A stretch of DNA of 64,000 bases. It comes from Azolla caroliniana. Lineage: Eukaryota > Plantae > Polypodiophyta. Positions 1 to 13,300 of the stretch are shown in pieces. A program made the position numbers and the translations under genes. The stretch covers positions 5,518,001 to 5,582,000 of the forward strand of contig JBHGNT010000017.1 in NCBI GenBank assembly GCA_043228905.1, read 5' to 3'. Each line of letters starts with the position of its first letter. Within the stretch, counting starts at the first letter, position 1. The notes under the pieces were generated by a model. It was not told the origin of the DNA. It did not search any database and was given only the letters and a program-made list of their open reading frames with translations.

Positions 1-560
1 CATGCAGAATACTTAGAATTTAAATATTTGTCAAATTTTGAAAATACAAAATGTACAGTTTAATCGTTTTTGCTTTGTGAAGGTTATTATAACCTTTTAT
101 AATAATCATTCAGAGGACAATGGCTGCTCTAAGCTTTTAATGTCTAGTTCAAACAATCTTGTAAACTAAACCCAAATCGTAAGAAAAGTTCTGAAGTACA
201 AGTCTGTGTGCTGTGATGATTCAGTGAGTTATTTTTTTCTTCTTTTTGCTTCTGATACTCTGAATCTATTGAAAATATAAAATATATATCGCATGAGATA
301 TTCCTTGGAAGTTTCAGGTTTCTCTCACAAATGTTATATTAACCTTTATATAATAATCAGTAAACATCCAGTTCAGACAATCTTGAAAAACTCTAAACAT
401 TTGAAAAAATCACCAAGTATACAACTATTGTGTGCTTTGGATGATTCAGTTCGAGTGTTGTTTCACATTTTTCATTTTATAGTGTGTATTGGAACTGCTT
501 TTTAAGAGGTGAATGTGTTAGATCTAATACCCAACTTCCCTCTTTTTTGGCTTTTGTTAG

Positions 561-3500
561 GCTGTCTTGGAAACAGTTGCTAGGGTCAGTCATGAGAAAC
601 CAAAAAAAAATGATACAACCTCAGAAAAGTAAGACCTCAGGCTGCATATTCGTTCCAAGAATGAATAATGTCATAAGTAATATGTCGCTTTGAAGTGATT
701 GCAAGATGTAACTACCATAAATTACATCTTTCTAACTATTTTGTGGATTGAAAATGGTGGAAGTTTTGTTTGAATGTGTTAAGAGTGCAGCTTATAAATG
801 CCATTTTAAAAGCTCCACTGTTACAGTGGAACAACAAATCAATTTCAACAAATTCAGGATATCTTACGAGGTGATGCTGATAATGGGGCTGAAGAATTAC
901 CAACACTCATTGATAAGAAGGTTAGGCACCTTCTGAAATAGGTAAAATTTTGAGCTCTAACGTTGCAAATTGTTCATGATATTTTATTTAATTTCTAATA
1001 CCTGTAGAGGAAAAATTATTTTATTCTTTTATCTGGAAGAATTACGGGGGCTACATTCATAGAACCTTTTTATGTGTTTTGTGGTGATGAATTCTAATTA
1101 TTTCAGGATAATATTTTCATCATTTCGAACAGAAAGTCCAAATACCCCATTTTGCAATTGGACTTAAGGTATTTTGAATAATTTCAGTCAAAGTTATAAC
1201 TACATGATTACATGCTAGTGTTTATATAAGTGAATTGGCTTTAATCTGTAAATTTAACATCAAGCTCATAAGGTTTTGTTGCTATTTTTTTTTCTTGAAG
1301 CCAAAACTTATTATTTTTCAGGTTCATTTCTGACATGGTGGTGGTAATAGTGTCAGCAGCAATTGGTGGAATCATATTTGCATGCCTTGGCCAGCCGGTT
1401 TGTATCTGCATATAATGAATTCTAAATTGTTTCATCAGAGAAGCCATTCACATTTCTGGTATTCTCATGATGACTAGTCTGCAAAATGTTTTTAGGTTCA
1501 TTTTAATTTCAATAATGGCATATCAGGTTATCACTGGCTATTTACTAGCTGGATCAGCTATTGGGCCCGGTGGTGCCAGCTTTGTCAGTGAGCTAGTTCA
1601 AGTAAGTGGAATTCTGCATATGCAGCTCATTGTCTTTTAATGATCGATTGACTGTGAGGCTTTTCTGTTTGCCAGGTCGAGACTGTTGCGCAATTTGGTG
1701 TTGTTTTCCTTCTTTTTGCATTGGGTCTTGAGTTTTCAACAAGCAAGGTCTCTCTTTCTTTCTTGTTTTTCTTTCATTGAGGAGGTACCACATAAGCTTA
1801 TGCTCTGATATCTTTCTCATATTCCAGCAGTCACATTGGCCTTTGATATGCACTATCTGTTTACTCTTTTTATTGTGTTGCATTGTACGAAATGTTGTAT
1901 TATGATATCAGATTTTTGTAGTTCTGCTTTGGCTCTAGATAGAATTAATTTAAGTTTTTGTTCGTTTGTCAGATTTAGCTATTTGAATGTTTGTTTTCAT
2001 ATGGCTGTATGTGCTCAATCTGATCATGGTTTTGTATCCTTTTGGGTCTATCCCATTTTGGCCTCTGTAGAGACTCTTTTCGCTTGGTTGCCTTGTTGGG
2101 CATTTAGCCTGCTCTTGTCCATTGTGCAAGATTGGAATCACTTGCCTTAACATCCTTATAGTTTACCTTGTTCATTTCTGTTTGCTAACAATTAATCACT
2201 AATATACATTATTCAGGGGAATGCCACCAAAACTTTATGAGTTTTTGCGTAGTGGTTTGTCTCTATTTATCATAAAGTGTTTCTATTGTTGGAGAAGCAG
2301 TGGCAATAAGTGTTTGTACTGTAGTATTTGGAAAGAAAATATGAAATGTGCTTTTTGTTGATCTTTGTTTTGCATTTGATTATGCAGTTAAGGGTTGTGC
2401 GGTCAGTGGCAATCTTTGGGGGCATCCTGCAGATTGTTCTCTTCATGTGCCTGTGTGGCATAACAGCACTGGTAGAGACTATGTATATAATGTGGTTGTT
2501 TTTAGATGGAATCTAGTATCAAACTCCCAATCCATCATTCTCTACTGTACAGCTATGTGGAGGCAAAACAACAGAGGGAATCTTCATAGGGGCTTTCTTG
2601 TCGATCTCATCTACAGCAGTGGTAACATAGTCCATTTAATTCAATTCTAGGGATGGAATAAGAGGCATACCGCACCCTTAGTTTATTTTCTGGATATAAA
2701 TGCACATTTGTGTATTATCATTCAGGTCTGTTTCTTATATATATCATTATTTTCATAAACATTTGTGTATATTTTGGGCGGATTTTCTATGTTGGAATGC
2801 TACGGTAATAACAGAGAAATTGCTTAGCATGGCTTTGCTGTATTTTCAAAAATATATTATCTGGGTATGTTTATTCTTGCTACGTTATGAGTCATCCATT
2901 ATTCACGACAAACAATGGGGAGTCTGTTGTCTACTGATAAAAGAAAAAAGGCACAATGAAGAAAAATTACAGGTGCACCTCAACTTAGCATAGAAGTTTG
3001 CTCAGGAAATCCAATAACTATTCTTTGATGGCGAAATTTTTCATGCTCTAGGGTTGTGAATCTGAGCAGTATGTATCACTTTGTTGTATTATAGCCTCAT
3101 GATTGGTCTAGCTTAGGGATGCTTGAATAATTAACCCATATACAAGTTGAGGTTCCAGGTTCCTGTATGTCTAATTTGTGTAGGGTGGGTTTGATGCTGG
3201 ATACAGAAGATTAATATTTTGCACATAGTTAACCAACTGGCAGGTCACAATTTATTGTCATAAACCACCTCAGAAAAGGAACCATAAATGGGCCACATTT
3301 GTTTAATTTGTTGCTTGATAAAAAGCATAGGGTAAAGATGATCTCTATATAAATTATGAACAAGTTTCTTAAGAAGCAGCACAGACTATGATGAGTTTGT
3401 CATGCAATGCATGTGCAATATACAATTACATGGCTACCTCTGCTCAATAAATTTGTTATTCCAATCAAAATTATTTTATAGCTGTACTGTATAAGATATA

Positions 3501-6500
3501 AAAGCTACCATATGATTACTGTTCCAAAGATTTTAAACTGAAGAACCAATGTCTGGATTAGATGCTGCAATTCATGTCATACACAACAATGGGGGCGATT
3601 TCATTAATTCGTATCACATCAAATAAAACTGGCTGTACTTCAAATTAAGAATTTAGAAATTTCATTATAAATCTTGATCTTAGAATTATTCAGGGGAACT
3701 TGCTATAATATAATGAATCTTTCAGGAAATATTGAGAAACTTATCTTTTTAGTAATCCTGTTTAAAATTTTCATTTCAGGTGCTGAAGTTTTTGATGGAA
3801 CGGAACAGTGTAAATGTGCTTCATGGTCAAATTACAATTGGAACTCTTATATTACAAGTATTAGTTGCTCCTAATTTTGATTTAAATTGTAATAACCTTT
3901 CTCCATCAGTTGAAACTCATCATCGGATTGAATTATCAGGATTGTTGCGTTGGTCTGTTGTTTGCATTACTGCCTGTGCTTGGAGGTAGTAGTGGTGTTT
4001 TCCATGGAGTTATTTCAATGCTCAGATCGTAAGTTTTTTTTTCTCACACTATTTCTCTAAGTCGATTTTTGTGGCTAGTTTTTACTGTAGCACCACTTAA
4101 GTTCTGGGTGATGAGATAGTTTTTTACCTTGAGATTATGATTGCTTGATTCATCTTTCTGCGCTCATTATTGTATAACTGCTATATATTAATAGTCACGG
4201 AATTTCTTGTACACAGTTTTTAAAAGGCCTTTCTCTTATTCGATGTCATCTTGACATTGAGTTTTCTCATTTCCAATCACTTTTAATTTCAAATTTAAGT
4301 ACAATGGAAATCACGCAGCAGCCAATAGAGTTGACAACCAGCAATTAAGAGTGAATTTACATCCTAACGGTACGTGGACAAGTTAACCCAACTGTGAGTC
4401 AAGATGCAACAACCAGTAGGTTGAGGTGTACATAACTGGATGCTTAGTTGTATACAGATTTTTGATCATTAAGTGGAATATGCAGTGGAAGAACAATGCG
4501 AAATTTGATAGATTCTATTCAGACTTTCAAAGCTAATAATTTGTTATGCCATATTGCAGATCTTGTTAGGAATTACAGCAGAAATAAGAAATGGGAGAAT
4601 GAGCCTTGTAATAAAATGAGAAAATAATTTGCAAGACTGAGCAGCGGAAAACCGGCTCAAGTAAGCCCACAAAAGAGAGAGTCTGGATGCCTGAATCTAG
4701 ACAAGTGAAAGTGGAATGAAAGCTAGATAAGGAAATGAATAGGGATGAGGCATTTTTATGAGTCCCATATTAGAGTATATTGGTAGCTGTAGACCTCAAT
4801 GAATGAGGGCAGCTAGATGGGTATAGGCTCCCAACTAACTCCTCAAAATGAATGCTATTAATTGGGTTAAGTGGCTATTTTCTTCTGCAAATGTACCTGG
4901 TCTAAAGTAACATAAAATGAAAATAGGGTTTCAACCAGAAAGGATGTCGGTGAGGCATCTTGAAAATCCCAGTAGCAGCCAATAACTTTGGAAACTGGCT
5001 GCTAACAGACCTGCACAACCAGGTTGGGGTATACATTATTTAGTAAGGTAAATGTAAGCAATGTCATGGTCATTCAATCTGCATCAGAATGACAAAGAAA
5101 TCGCAGAAGTTTTGGCCACCTAATGCATATCCATGGATTACCATGCATAAATATTTGTATGCCATAGTCAGTTGATATTCCATTCTTCTTTTTATTTCTC
5201 TTGATACTGTGTAACTTTGGATGGATTTGTCATTGTGACTTAGATTCCACTTCTTATTTTCAAAGTAATTGACACATTATTCCTGGAGCTGTGGAAATAC
5301 TGTGTAAACAGTGGCTATTCCGTATTTGCATGGCTCTCGAGATTGTAATCTATGATACTCACGAATGTTGGAACCTTTGTAAACTTTAGGGTTTCTCTCA
5401 TCATTCAAACTTTCTTTATTTTGAATTCTTGCTTATTTGGGTCTGTGGATATATTTTATTAAGTAACTATATTGTTTTGATCAACTTTTGCAGCTTGTTA
5501 CTTCTTGTGATATTTCTCCTTCTTTCAATGGTTGTTTCGAAATCCTTTGTGCCACGGTTTTTAAAGTTGATGATGCGACTTTCTTGTCAACAGGTCTGTT
5601 AATATTTTCTTATTGGAGTGTGCATGTTTAATGTTTTAGGTTTATCTTTTGGAAATGCTGCTTTTAATCTGAAAACATGGTGTTCAAGGTTTTAGGGATT
5701 GTTTTCTGGAAATCCCTCACTTGGTTAATTAATCTTAAAACATGAAAATTTTATGTCTTAATTAAGTAATGTATTAATGTATAATGCTAATGAAAACCAC
5801 AAGTTAAACCATTAGCTTTGCAGTGCTCGAACAATGCTACAATGCTTATAAGAAATGTTAAGAATATATCAAGGAATTAACTACCAGCAATGCTTATCCA
5901 AGGACAATGGATAGTATTTTATTTAGCTATCTGAGATCTGGTCATAGAATATGAGCCTAAGTTTGCAACATATCTTGCTATAGCAATTTATGAAGAGACA
6001 ACTTGGCATTGACATTTGGGAGACATTGAAATTGTGATGTTATAGACAAGGATCTATTCATCCCAAGGATGATCCAAGGACTAAGATTCCATTTCAGGAA
6101 GAAACTAATATTCTACAAGATATTGAAGTATTATATTACAAGAGCAGGAAGAAACTAATAGTCTACAAGATATTGAAGGATTATATTACAAGAGCAAGAG
6201 AAGATAGAGGCAATAGATAAACATGGTGTCAATATGCTAAAGACCCATTCCCACCTCTATTCTCCTATGTGGCAGGACACACTTTTTTACTGTTTGAAGT
6301 TTTGCCTTAATTGTGATGGCTTAATGTGTTATGTAAGCTAAGATTGTTTCACCATCATAAGAAATAATATTTTCAGAAATAACTACTGTCTTGATATGAA
6401 GAACGAGGATATGCTTGAATATGCATAAATGTCTGTAGTGCTTCCTTGTAGGTTTAATGTAATACTAGATGTGAAGATTGTAAGATCTAATGTCAGAACA

Positions 6501-8980
6501 ATGATTAAGAATTGTCATGGTTTCTTTTTGAAGTTCCATAAACACTTACATATAATTTTTCATGATGCAGACAAATGAGTTATATCAGCTGGCATCTGTA
6601 GCGTTCTGTTTAGTTGTTGCTTGGGTATGGCCATTGCGCTTCACAGAAGTATGCCTTTTTGGTCATTCGTATCAATCATGTTTTTAAGATACCCTCTTTG
6701 CTGCTGCAGTGCAGTGATAAGTTGGGTTTGAGCCTTGAACTTGGTTCCTTTGTAGCTGGAGTCATGATTTCAACTACAGATTTTGCAGAACATACACTTC
6801 AACAAGTAAGTTTGCTACAGTGTCTGTAAGACTGAAGAAGTTATCTCCCATGTGTGTTTAGAATCTAGATCAGTTACAGAACGTAGAAGATTTATTCTTG
6901 CTCATAAAAATCTATCCTCTTTGCTGTATGAATTGCCAAACATCAAGAGAACATAGACATGAACATAGACTCTTTTGCTTCGAGGGAACTAAAGTCTGTA
7001 TAGTAGAAGTTTCTGATTGGCTGTGAATGTGTAGTTTCCATTATTGTGACCCACACAATAGTTGTAATCCCATGAATATTTCTATATTATGGTTACATTG
7101 AAAGTTGTCATATTTAAAACTGTTTCTTTAGTGTTATCAATTTACATTTTCTTTTGTTTGATTACCAGTACTCCACGTAACTGGAACATTGGTTATTCCA
7201 TGGTAGTTTTGAAATTTCAAAAGCTGTCAAGATTCAGGGTTTCCCCTTTTTAAGTATTATATTATCTGGCTGTACTAGAAGTATTTTAACTTGATCCCAT
7301 GATCTCACTGCTTAATATGAACTCTCGTTGATTGGAAAGGTGGAACCAATTCGAAATCTCTTCGCTGCGCTTTTTCTCTCTAGTATTGGGATGCTCATAA
7401 ATGTGCAGTTCTTACTCAGCCATATGGATATTTTGTTGGCGTCTGTTATTCTTGTGATCATCACAAAGACTATTCTTGTGACTCTTGTAGTAAGAGTATT
7501 CGGCTACAGCATCAAAACCTCCTTGTTGGTAAGTCTCGTGTTTGGTGTATGGAAATCATGCTGAACATACTAATAAAGAATGCATATGTAGAGAACCACG
7601 TCTTTGTTATAATATTTTATTTATGGCCCTGCTATGTATAATAAGTGTACTAATTTGGAAGTTTTTTATAATATTCTCTTTGATTTACAAAAACCAAGTG
7701 ATTATTTATAATCCTGAGCCACCTAGACCTGATGACACAACTATTTATTTTGTGATGCTCAAAAATATAGATTTAACAAGTCTACTTTACTTTCTAATAA
7801 GTATTATATCTTTTCGTTGATATCTCCATATGCGAAGAGTTTTTAATGGTAACATTCTTTTGCTTCTTCAGTGTGACTGTTAAGCAGAAATTGGTCATTT
7901 GGGAATATTTTCTAGTTGACCCCCTATGCTATTTGATAGGGGTTTTATAGGTTGTGTATCAGGTTCCCAAGATATAGTCATTTTGGAATATTTTCTGGTA
8001 GCTATTTGATATGATTAACATTTAGATTCAGCTTCCTAGGACATTCAACCCATGTCTTGCTTAGTCCGTCATTGATGGTGTTAGAGATCCGATGCAAAGC
8101 ACTCTCTTCTACATGCTCAATACATTCAGGGTGTTATTCCTAATTGTGATTTAACTTCTGTTTCGAAATTACACATCATGTTAAAGATGAAACTTAAAAG
8201 AGTTAAATTACATTGTTCTGTATCCTTGTTTTTGACAGGTTGGTATGTCTCTTGCCCAAATAGGAGAGTTTGCTTTTGTTCTCTTGAGTCGTGCTTCAAA
8301 CCTGCATTTAGTGGAGGCAAGTTCTATACCTCTTTTCAGCTCTCAAGTAGCATGAGACATTTTGAATGGATCTTATTGTTTGGCTGGGCAGAGGGTTGAA
8401 ACACGCATTTCCTTGTCATTATATATGTCAACTGGGGAAGGTCGATAGCAATATGAAATTTTAGAGAAAGACATGGTTCTGTGGTCTCATGCATCTTGCA
8501 GTTTATTTATGAAACTGTATCTTATCAAGTGATCAGGTTTCAGATCCATAAATTTACATAAACACAAACTCTGTAACGACATTGGCTTTTGTTCATTCAC
8601 AGGACAAGGTATATTTGCTGCTTTTAGGGACAACAGCGCTAAGTCTGGTATATGCTTAATTATGATGCCATTTGTTCTGTGTAATGCAACATGTAAAGAG
8701 ACTTACTGGTACATGCTTATATGGTGTTTTGCACAGGTCACAACTCCATTGCTATTTAAATTCATTCCCATCATTATGCAGCTTGGCATTGTGATGGGCT
8801 GGTTCTCTTCAGATACCATCCCAACTGAGGTGAAGTTCTGGCATGTTTTAGTCTGAGATGTGGCATAATCTTAGTGTTGCATATTCTGAGGTTGAAGCTT
8901 GTTTTCAGGTATTTATTAAGGGGGAAAATCATCATTCCAGCAGCCAGCAATTAGTTTCACTACATGGCTCTCAAAGATGA
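561..8980 (+). CDS. KEA4/5/6: K+ efflux antiporter, KEA4/5/6 clade (CPA2); 5'-partial, multi-exon
   Basis: Exons read in frame: 561-628, 827-920, 1107-1168, 1322-1397, 1527-1601, 1676-1747, 2388-2471, 2553-2621, 3780-3857, 3940-4028, 5494-5593, 6571-6624, 6710-6805, 7340-7528, 8239-8316, 8603-8647, 8737-8829, 8909-8980 (TGA). Motifs AVLETVARV, SKYPILQLDLR, VETVAQFGVVFLLFALGLEFS, LGLSLELGSFVAGVMISTTDF and GMSLAQIGEFAFVLLSRASNL match plant KEA4-6. Confidence 0.96.
6095..6196 (+). repeat. ~51-bp tandem duplication in a KEA intron
   Basis: caggaagaaactaata(t/g)tctacaagatattgaag(t/g)attatattacaagag occurs twice in tandem. Confidence 0.85.
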
Positions 8981-9959
8981 CGAAACTTATTTACTAATGT
9001 CAATTGACATCTCAACCATCATGCCTTCTGTGGTGTTTCTAAAGCTGGATATCATGCCCACAATGGATATTGTTCAGGATGAAAATTCAGAGTTCAGACA
9101 ATAGATATCATCTAGTAAATCTTGTAAGCAACAATTGACTGAAAAAGTCACGCATTGGAGAGACCTTCGAACAATTTTGTTTTCCACAGCTGTTGAGGCA
9201 ACTTATGGCTGAATAATTGTACAATCTATTACCCTAAATCATGCTTGTCAATCAGGATTATTCATTTTCAAGAAACAGGTAATACACTTAATATATATAG
9301 AGAGAAAATGGCATATGGCAGAAGTTTGGTAGTGTTTTGCTGTACATGTGTCATAAATCACATTTGTGAACAGATTAATTCATGCACACGATGGCACAAA
9401 TTTGATAAAGGAAATGGTGTATAGTGGGTTTTGGGTATTTGCTACCATGATTTATAGAAATATTGACTATAATAAAATTTCAATGACATGGTCTGTAGTT
9501 CAATACTATGGGTTTAGGGTTTATTGAAAACCCAACATTTTGCTCATATTCTCTGTGAATTGGGAAAAATTGCATCTGTTCAACAAATCAGCTACAAGGA
9601 TTGCTTTAAAGACGAGTAGAGTAGCAAATATCCCAGTTCAAAATCTATTTGGCCTTAGAAGACGTTAATATATCTTTCTTTCTTTCATTCTATGAAAATG
9701 GTTGGTATCTTTTCTTTTTCTGTTCAATAATCAATTTCATAGTTTCAAATTATCCTAACATAAGAGAACATTTCTCGTATATCCTAACCAGCTTTCCAAA
9801 TATACTCAGGGTTATCATTAAAGTAAAAAATACAATTGCACAGGCACAGTATATATGTAGACAAAATTAATAATCCCTTTACCAACGCCACAAAATCAAT
9901 GCCTCTGCTTAGCTATCTTCACATGTGGACAAAAGCTTCAATGCAAAGCTACTTACACA

Positions 9960-10325
9960 TAATATTACAAAAAATATCCACGTACAAATTTCAGTACTAC
10001 AATTTGATATGGATTATCACCTTCTCTTAACAAAAACCATCCAATGGCTATGTATAATCATTGTCAGTTTAGTTCTCTTTACAAGTGGGTGAACAAGAGC
10101 TTTAATATAAAATCTACTTATTAATAATAATATATAAATAATATTACAAAAAATATCCAATGGCTATGTATAATCATTGTCAGTTTAGTTCTCTTCACAA
10201 GTGGGTGAACAAGAGCTTTAATATAAAATCTACTTATTAATAATAATATATAAATAATATTACAAAAAATATCCACATACAAAACTTCCGTACAACAATT
10301 GATATGGATCATCACCATCTCTTTA
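9960..10325. repeat. Compound tandem duplication between the convergent KEA and VPS35L 3' ends
   Basis: A ~117-bp unit (tccaatggctatgtataatcattg...attacaaaaaatatcca) is repeated at ~10040 and ~10157; a ~70-bp flank (taatattacaaaaaatatccac...tcacc) is repeated at ~9960 and ~10255. Confidence 0.8.
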
Positions 10326-10379
10326 TGGATTTCAACACCACAAATGCTATGAATATGTTTCAGTGTCTCAAAAATAGTT

Positions 10380-13300
10380 TTAAGCTTTTAATTCTCTTTG
10401 GCCTGCATTCAATCCGTCATGACTCATGATATAAGCTGGATTTCCAAACCACCATATCTTATCAGTAAAAGCTATAAATGATTGAACGGAAGATACCTGA
10501 AATCGATCCCGGTAGAAGTTAATAACAGAGTTGATATGGTTCCCATATTTTAATGGTGAGGGTTTCACTGCCTTAAAAAGATCTCTGCAGTAGTTATAAA
10601 TTTCATCGTCTTCTTCACACTTTGAACCAGCCCACAACCAAACAAAGATTCAAATTATGTTCACAAAATGTACACCCATGTGTCTTAACGGAAAAAAATA
10701 TCAAGAAAGGAAAAAATACCTCAAAAGCAATTGCAAAAGCTTGAAAGATTAGCAGTGCTTCATAATCCTGCATTTACTCAAAAGAAAATATAGCTTGCAA
10801 CTTGCTTTATTTTCAATTAAACAAAACAAAACAAAGAACTCTGAGTTCACACACTTACTCGGCCTCGTATATCAGTACTATTTGAGAAAACACTTTTCAC
10901 AAGTTCAACAACAAAATTTCCAAGTTCTTCACCATATGACGATTCTCCAGCAAAAAGAACGTCATTGCTTATCACCTTAGAAAAGGTAAACACAGAAACA
11001 CGTCCACTTAAGATGTTATTAAAAAATAAAACCATAAGTAAAACATCACTCAATCAACTAAACTAATTTGCACTGATGGAAGGCCAGTTTTAACAAAATT
11101 GGAATTTTCTTTTTATTACTAGATTGAACAAACGTGATGCAAACCTCAACTGCCTTCGTATGGTAAGGTAAAATTTCTTGCGATAGAGCATGGCAAGCAA
11201 GGATCACCCCAAGGATAGCCTGCACTCTGAAGGATTCCTTCAATCTTTGACAAGCCAGAAAAGTAAGAAAATGAACAGTTAAAGCGAGGTCCTATTATAT
11301 TAAAGAAGACAAAATCTTACAGTCTTTGTATGAGTTGCATTAAGCTTCTGAATAAGAAGAATGTGCCTTGTTCTTGATCCCCTACTCACAAACTGATCGT
11401 GAGATGGAGGTACAACAATTTAACTGATGTACAGATTCATAAAATGCTTTTACCAGGGACAACTATGAGGAATGAGCAAATTTTTTGAATGCATCCAAGA
11501 ATTTGCATCTCCATACCTGAAAAGAAAGACCTCAAATTATCTTTCTCCACAGTATATTATTAGCATTCTCCACAGTTATGCAAAACAATAAAAACTACCA
11601 TGGGCTAACGAGCTCTTTAATTATGCCAGCGCATTGTTCACTTACGGATAAGTCAGTAATATGATATACTCTGTGTAGGACATAATCAACCATCATATAT
11701 AATTTGTCATACTGTGTAGGACATACTCTGTGAATCCACTTTGTTCATACGACATGCGGAGTGTCTTTAAGTCATATCTGTGCAGAACAACTCCATCAAA
11801 GTTCTGTCTAGGTGGATCGTTGAGTGTCAAGTTTCCCCTCAAGAGACTGTCTTCGTATTGCTAAGGAAGAGCCTTAAGCATCTTTAATCATTCTAGTTCA
11901 TCACTCAGCCGGAGAGGTTCAAAACCTTTTCAGAAACCAGGCAGTGACATACATAATGCTCCTCAGATTCAGCTTCTTGATTGCAAAGCTGGTAAACGTG
12001 ATCCTCTAATATTGTCCAATATCTATCCTTGATTGCTGAGGTGAATGCCAAATATTTGTAACCAATCTTTTATTTAATTGAGACAGTCTGACACTATCCT
12101 TCCATCTCTATATTAATTTCAACCAAAGGAAGTCATCTTCCTTTTAAGTGAATGCAATGATTTGGAAACAATGACTTACTCTGCTAATAGATAAGACTGT
12201 TTTACAACTTATTTGCATCTAAGGAGGAGATATCCACTTTTAAACAGAGCAGATTATACCTCTATCATTAAGAAGCAAATTATTTTTCCAGCCATGAAAA
12301 AAATGATTTGCAGATTGCAATGATTAACAGTTTAGCCCATGCAAACAATCTAACCAACAATAACATAAAATTTCTACCTTCTGGGTTTTGAATCTCCTCT
12401 AGGCACATGATCGTGCTCTTCAATAGAGACTCTGAATGTGACACAAGACCATTCATCAATGCTACCTGTAAAACACTCAATAGCTCACCTCCAGACAGAA
12501 ATCCAAGTCTTTTCAATTGACATGTAGCTATGCCATTAACAATCCAAGTGTTTTCAATGAACTATGACCATGCCATTAACCAATATAATCATCCACAACT
12601 CACCTCTGCAGTCTCAATGTACAAATGGGAACGCTTCAAAACACTTCTAATAGAAGGTATAGTAACCTCATTGAACGTGAGACACGCTTTTATGAAGTCC
12701 ATAGAATGTTGTGTTAGAATGCCTTTTGCAAGAGTCAACATTGTCACTGCAATCCTATTGCTGACATGAACAATGGTTTCCTGTTCATAATTTTTGAACA
12801 AGTAAATTAGCTAACACTGGTATTCTACAAGGCTCTCTAAAACCATACAGTCTTGACAGCTTTTAACTGTCAGTACCCAAATTCCCAATGGTAAAAAGAT
12901 GAAGGAATACTCGCAAAAGGTCACAGTTGACAAATGTTCCACGCCACTCCACAAGGAACATGAGATGTTCCTCTAAGTCATGTTTGAAGTCAACCTTCAA
13001 ATAAGATAGCAACATGCAGAAAAACTTTTCAGTGTTTAGTATGTGATTATAAAATCATCAACAAAACTACATTCAATTAAGTGAAATCAATTATAACATA
13101 TGCACCTCAGTATGAAATGCAATCGAAAATTCAAAATCATGAATGCCTGTAGAGGAAACAACTTACAAGCTGTACAGAACGAGAAATCAATCGGGCAATT
13201 TGCCTTTGTTCATCCTCACTACTCATGCTATCCAAAGATTTGTACAAGGACTTACTCAGCTCAAAAACAAAGTGTTGAGAAACAGGATTGAGTATGTGTT

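Noticed and set aside
12895-12910. U12-type donor in VPS35L
   Set aside because: Reads GTATTCCTT rather than GTATCCTT, and no U12 branch site is evident.
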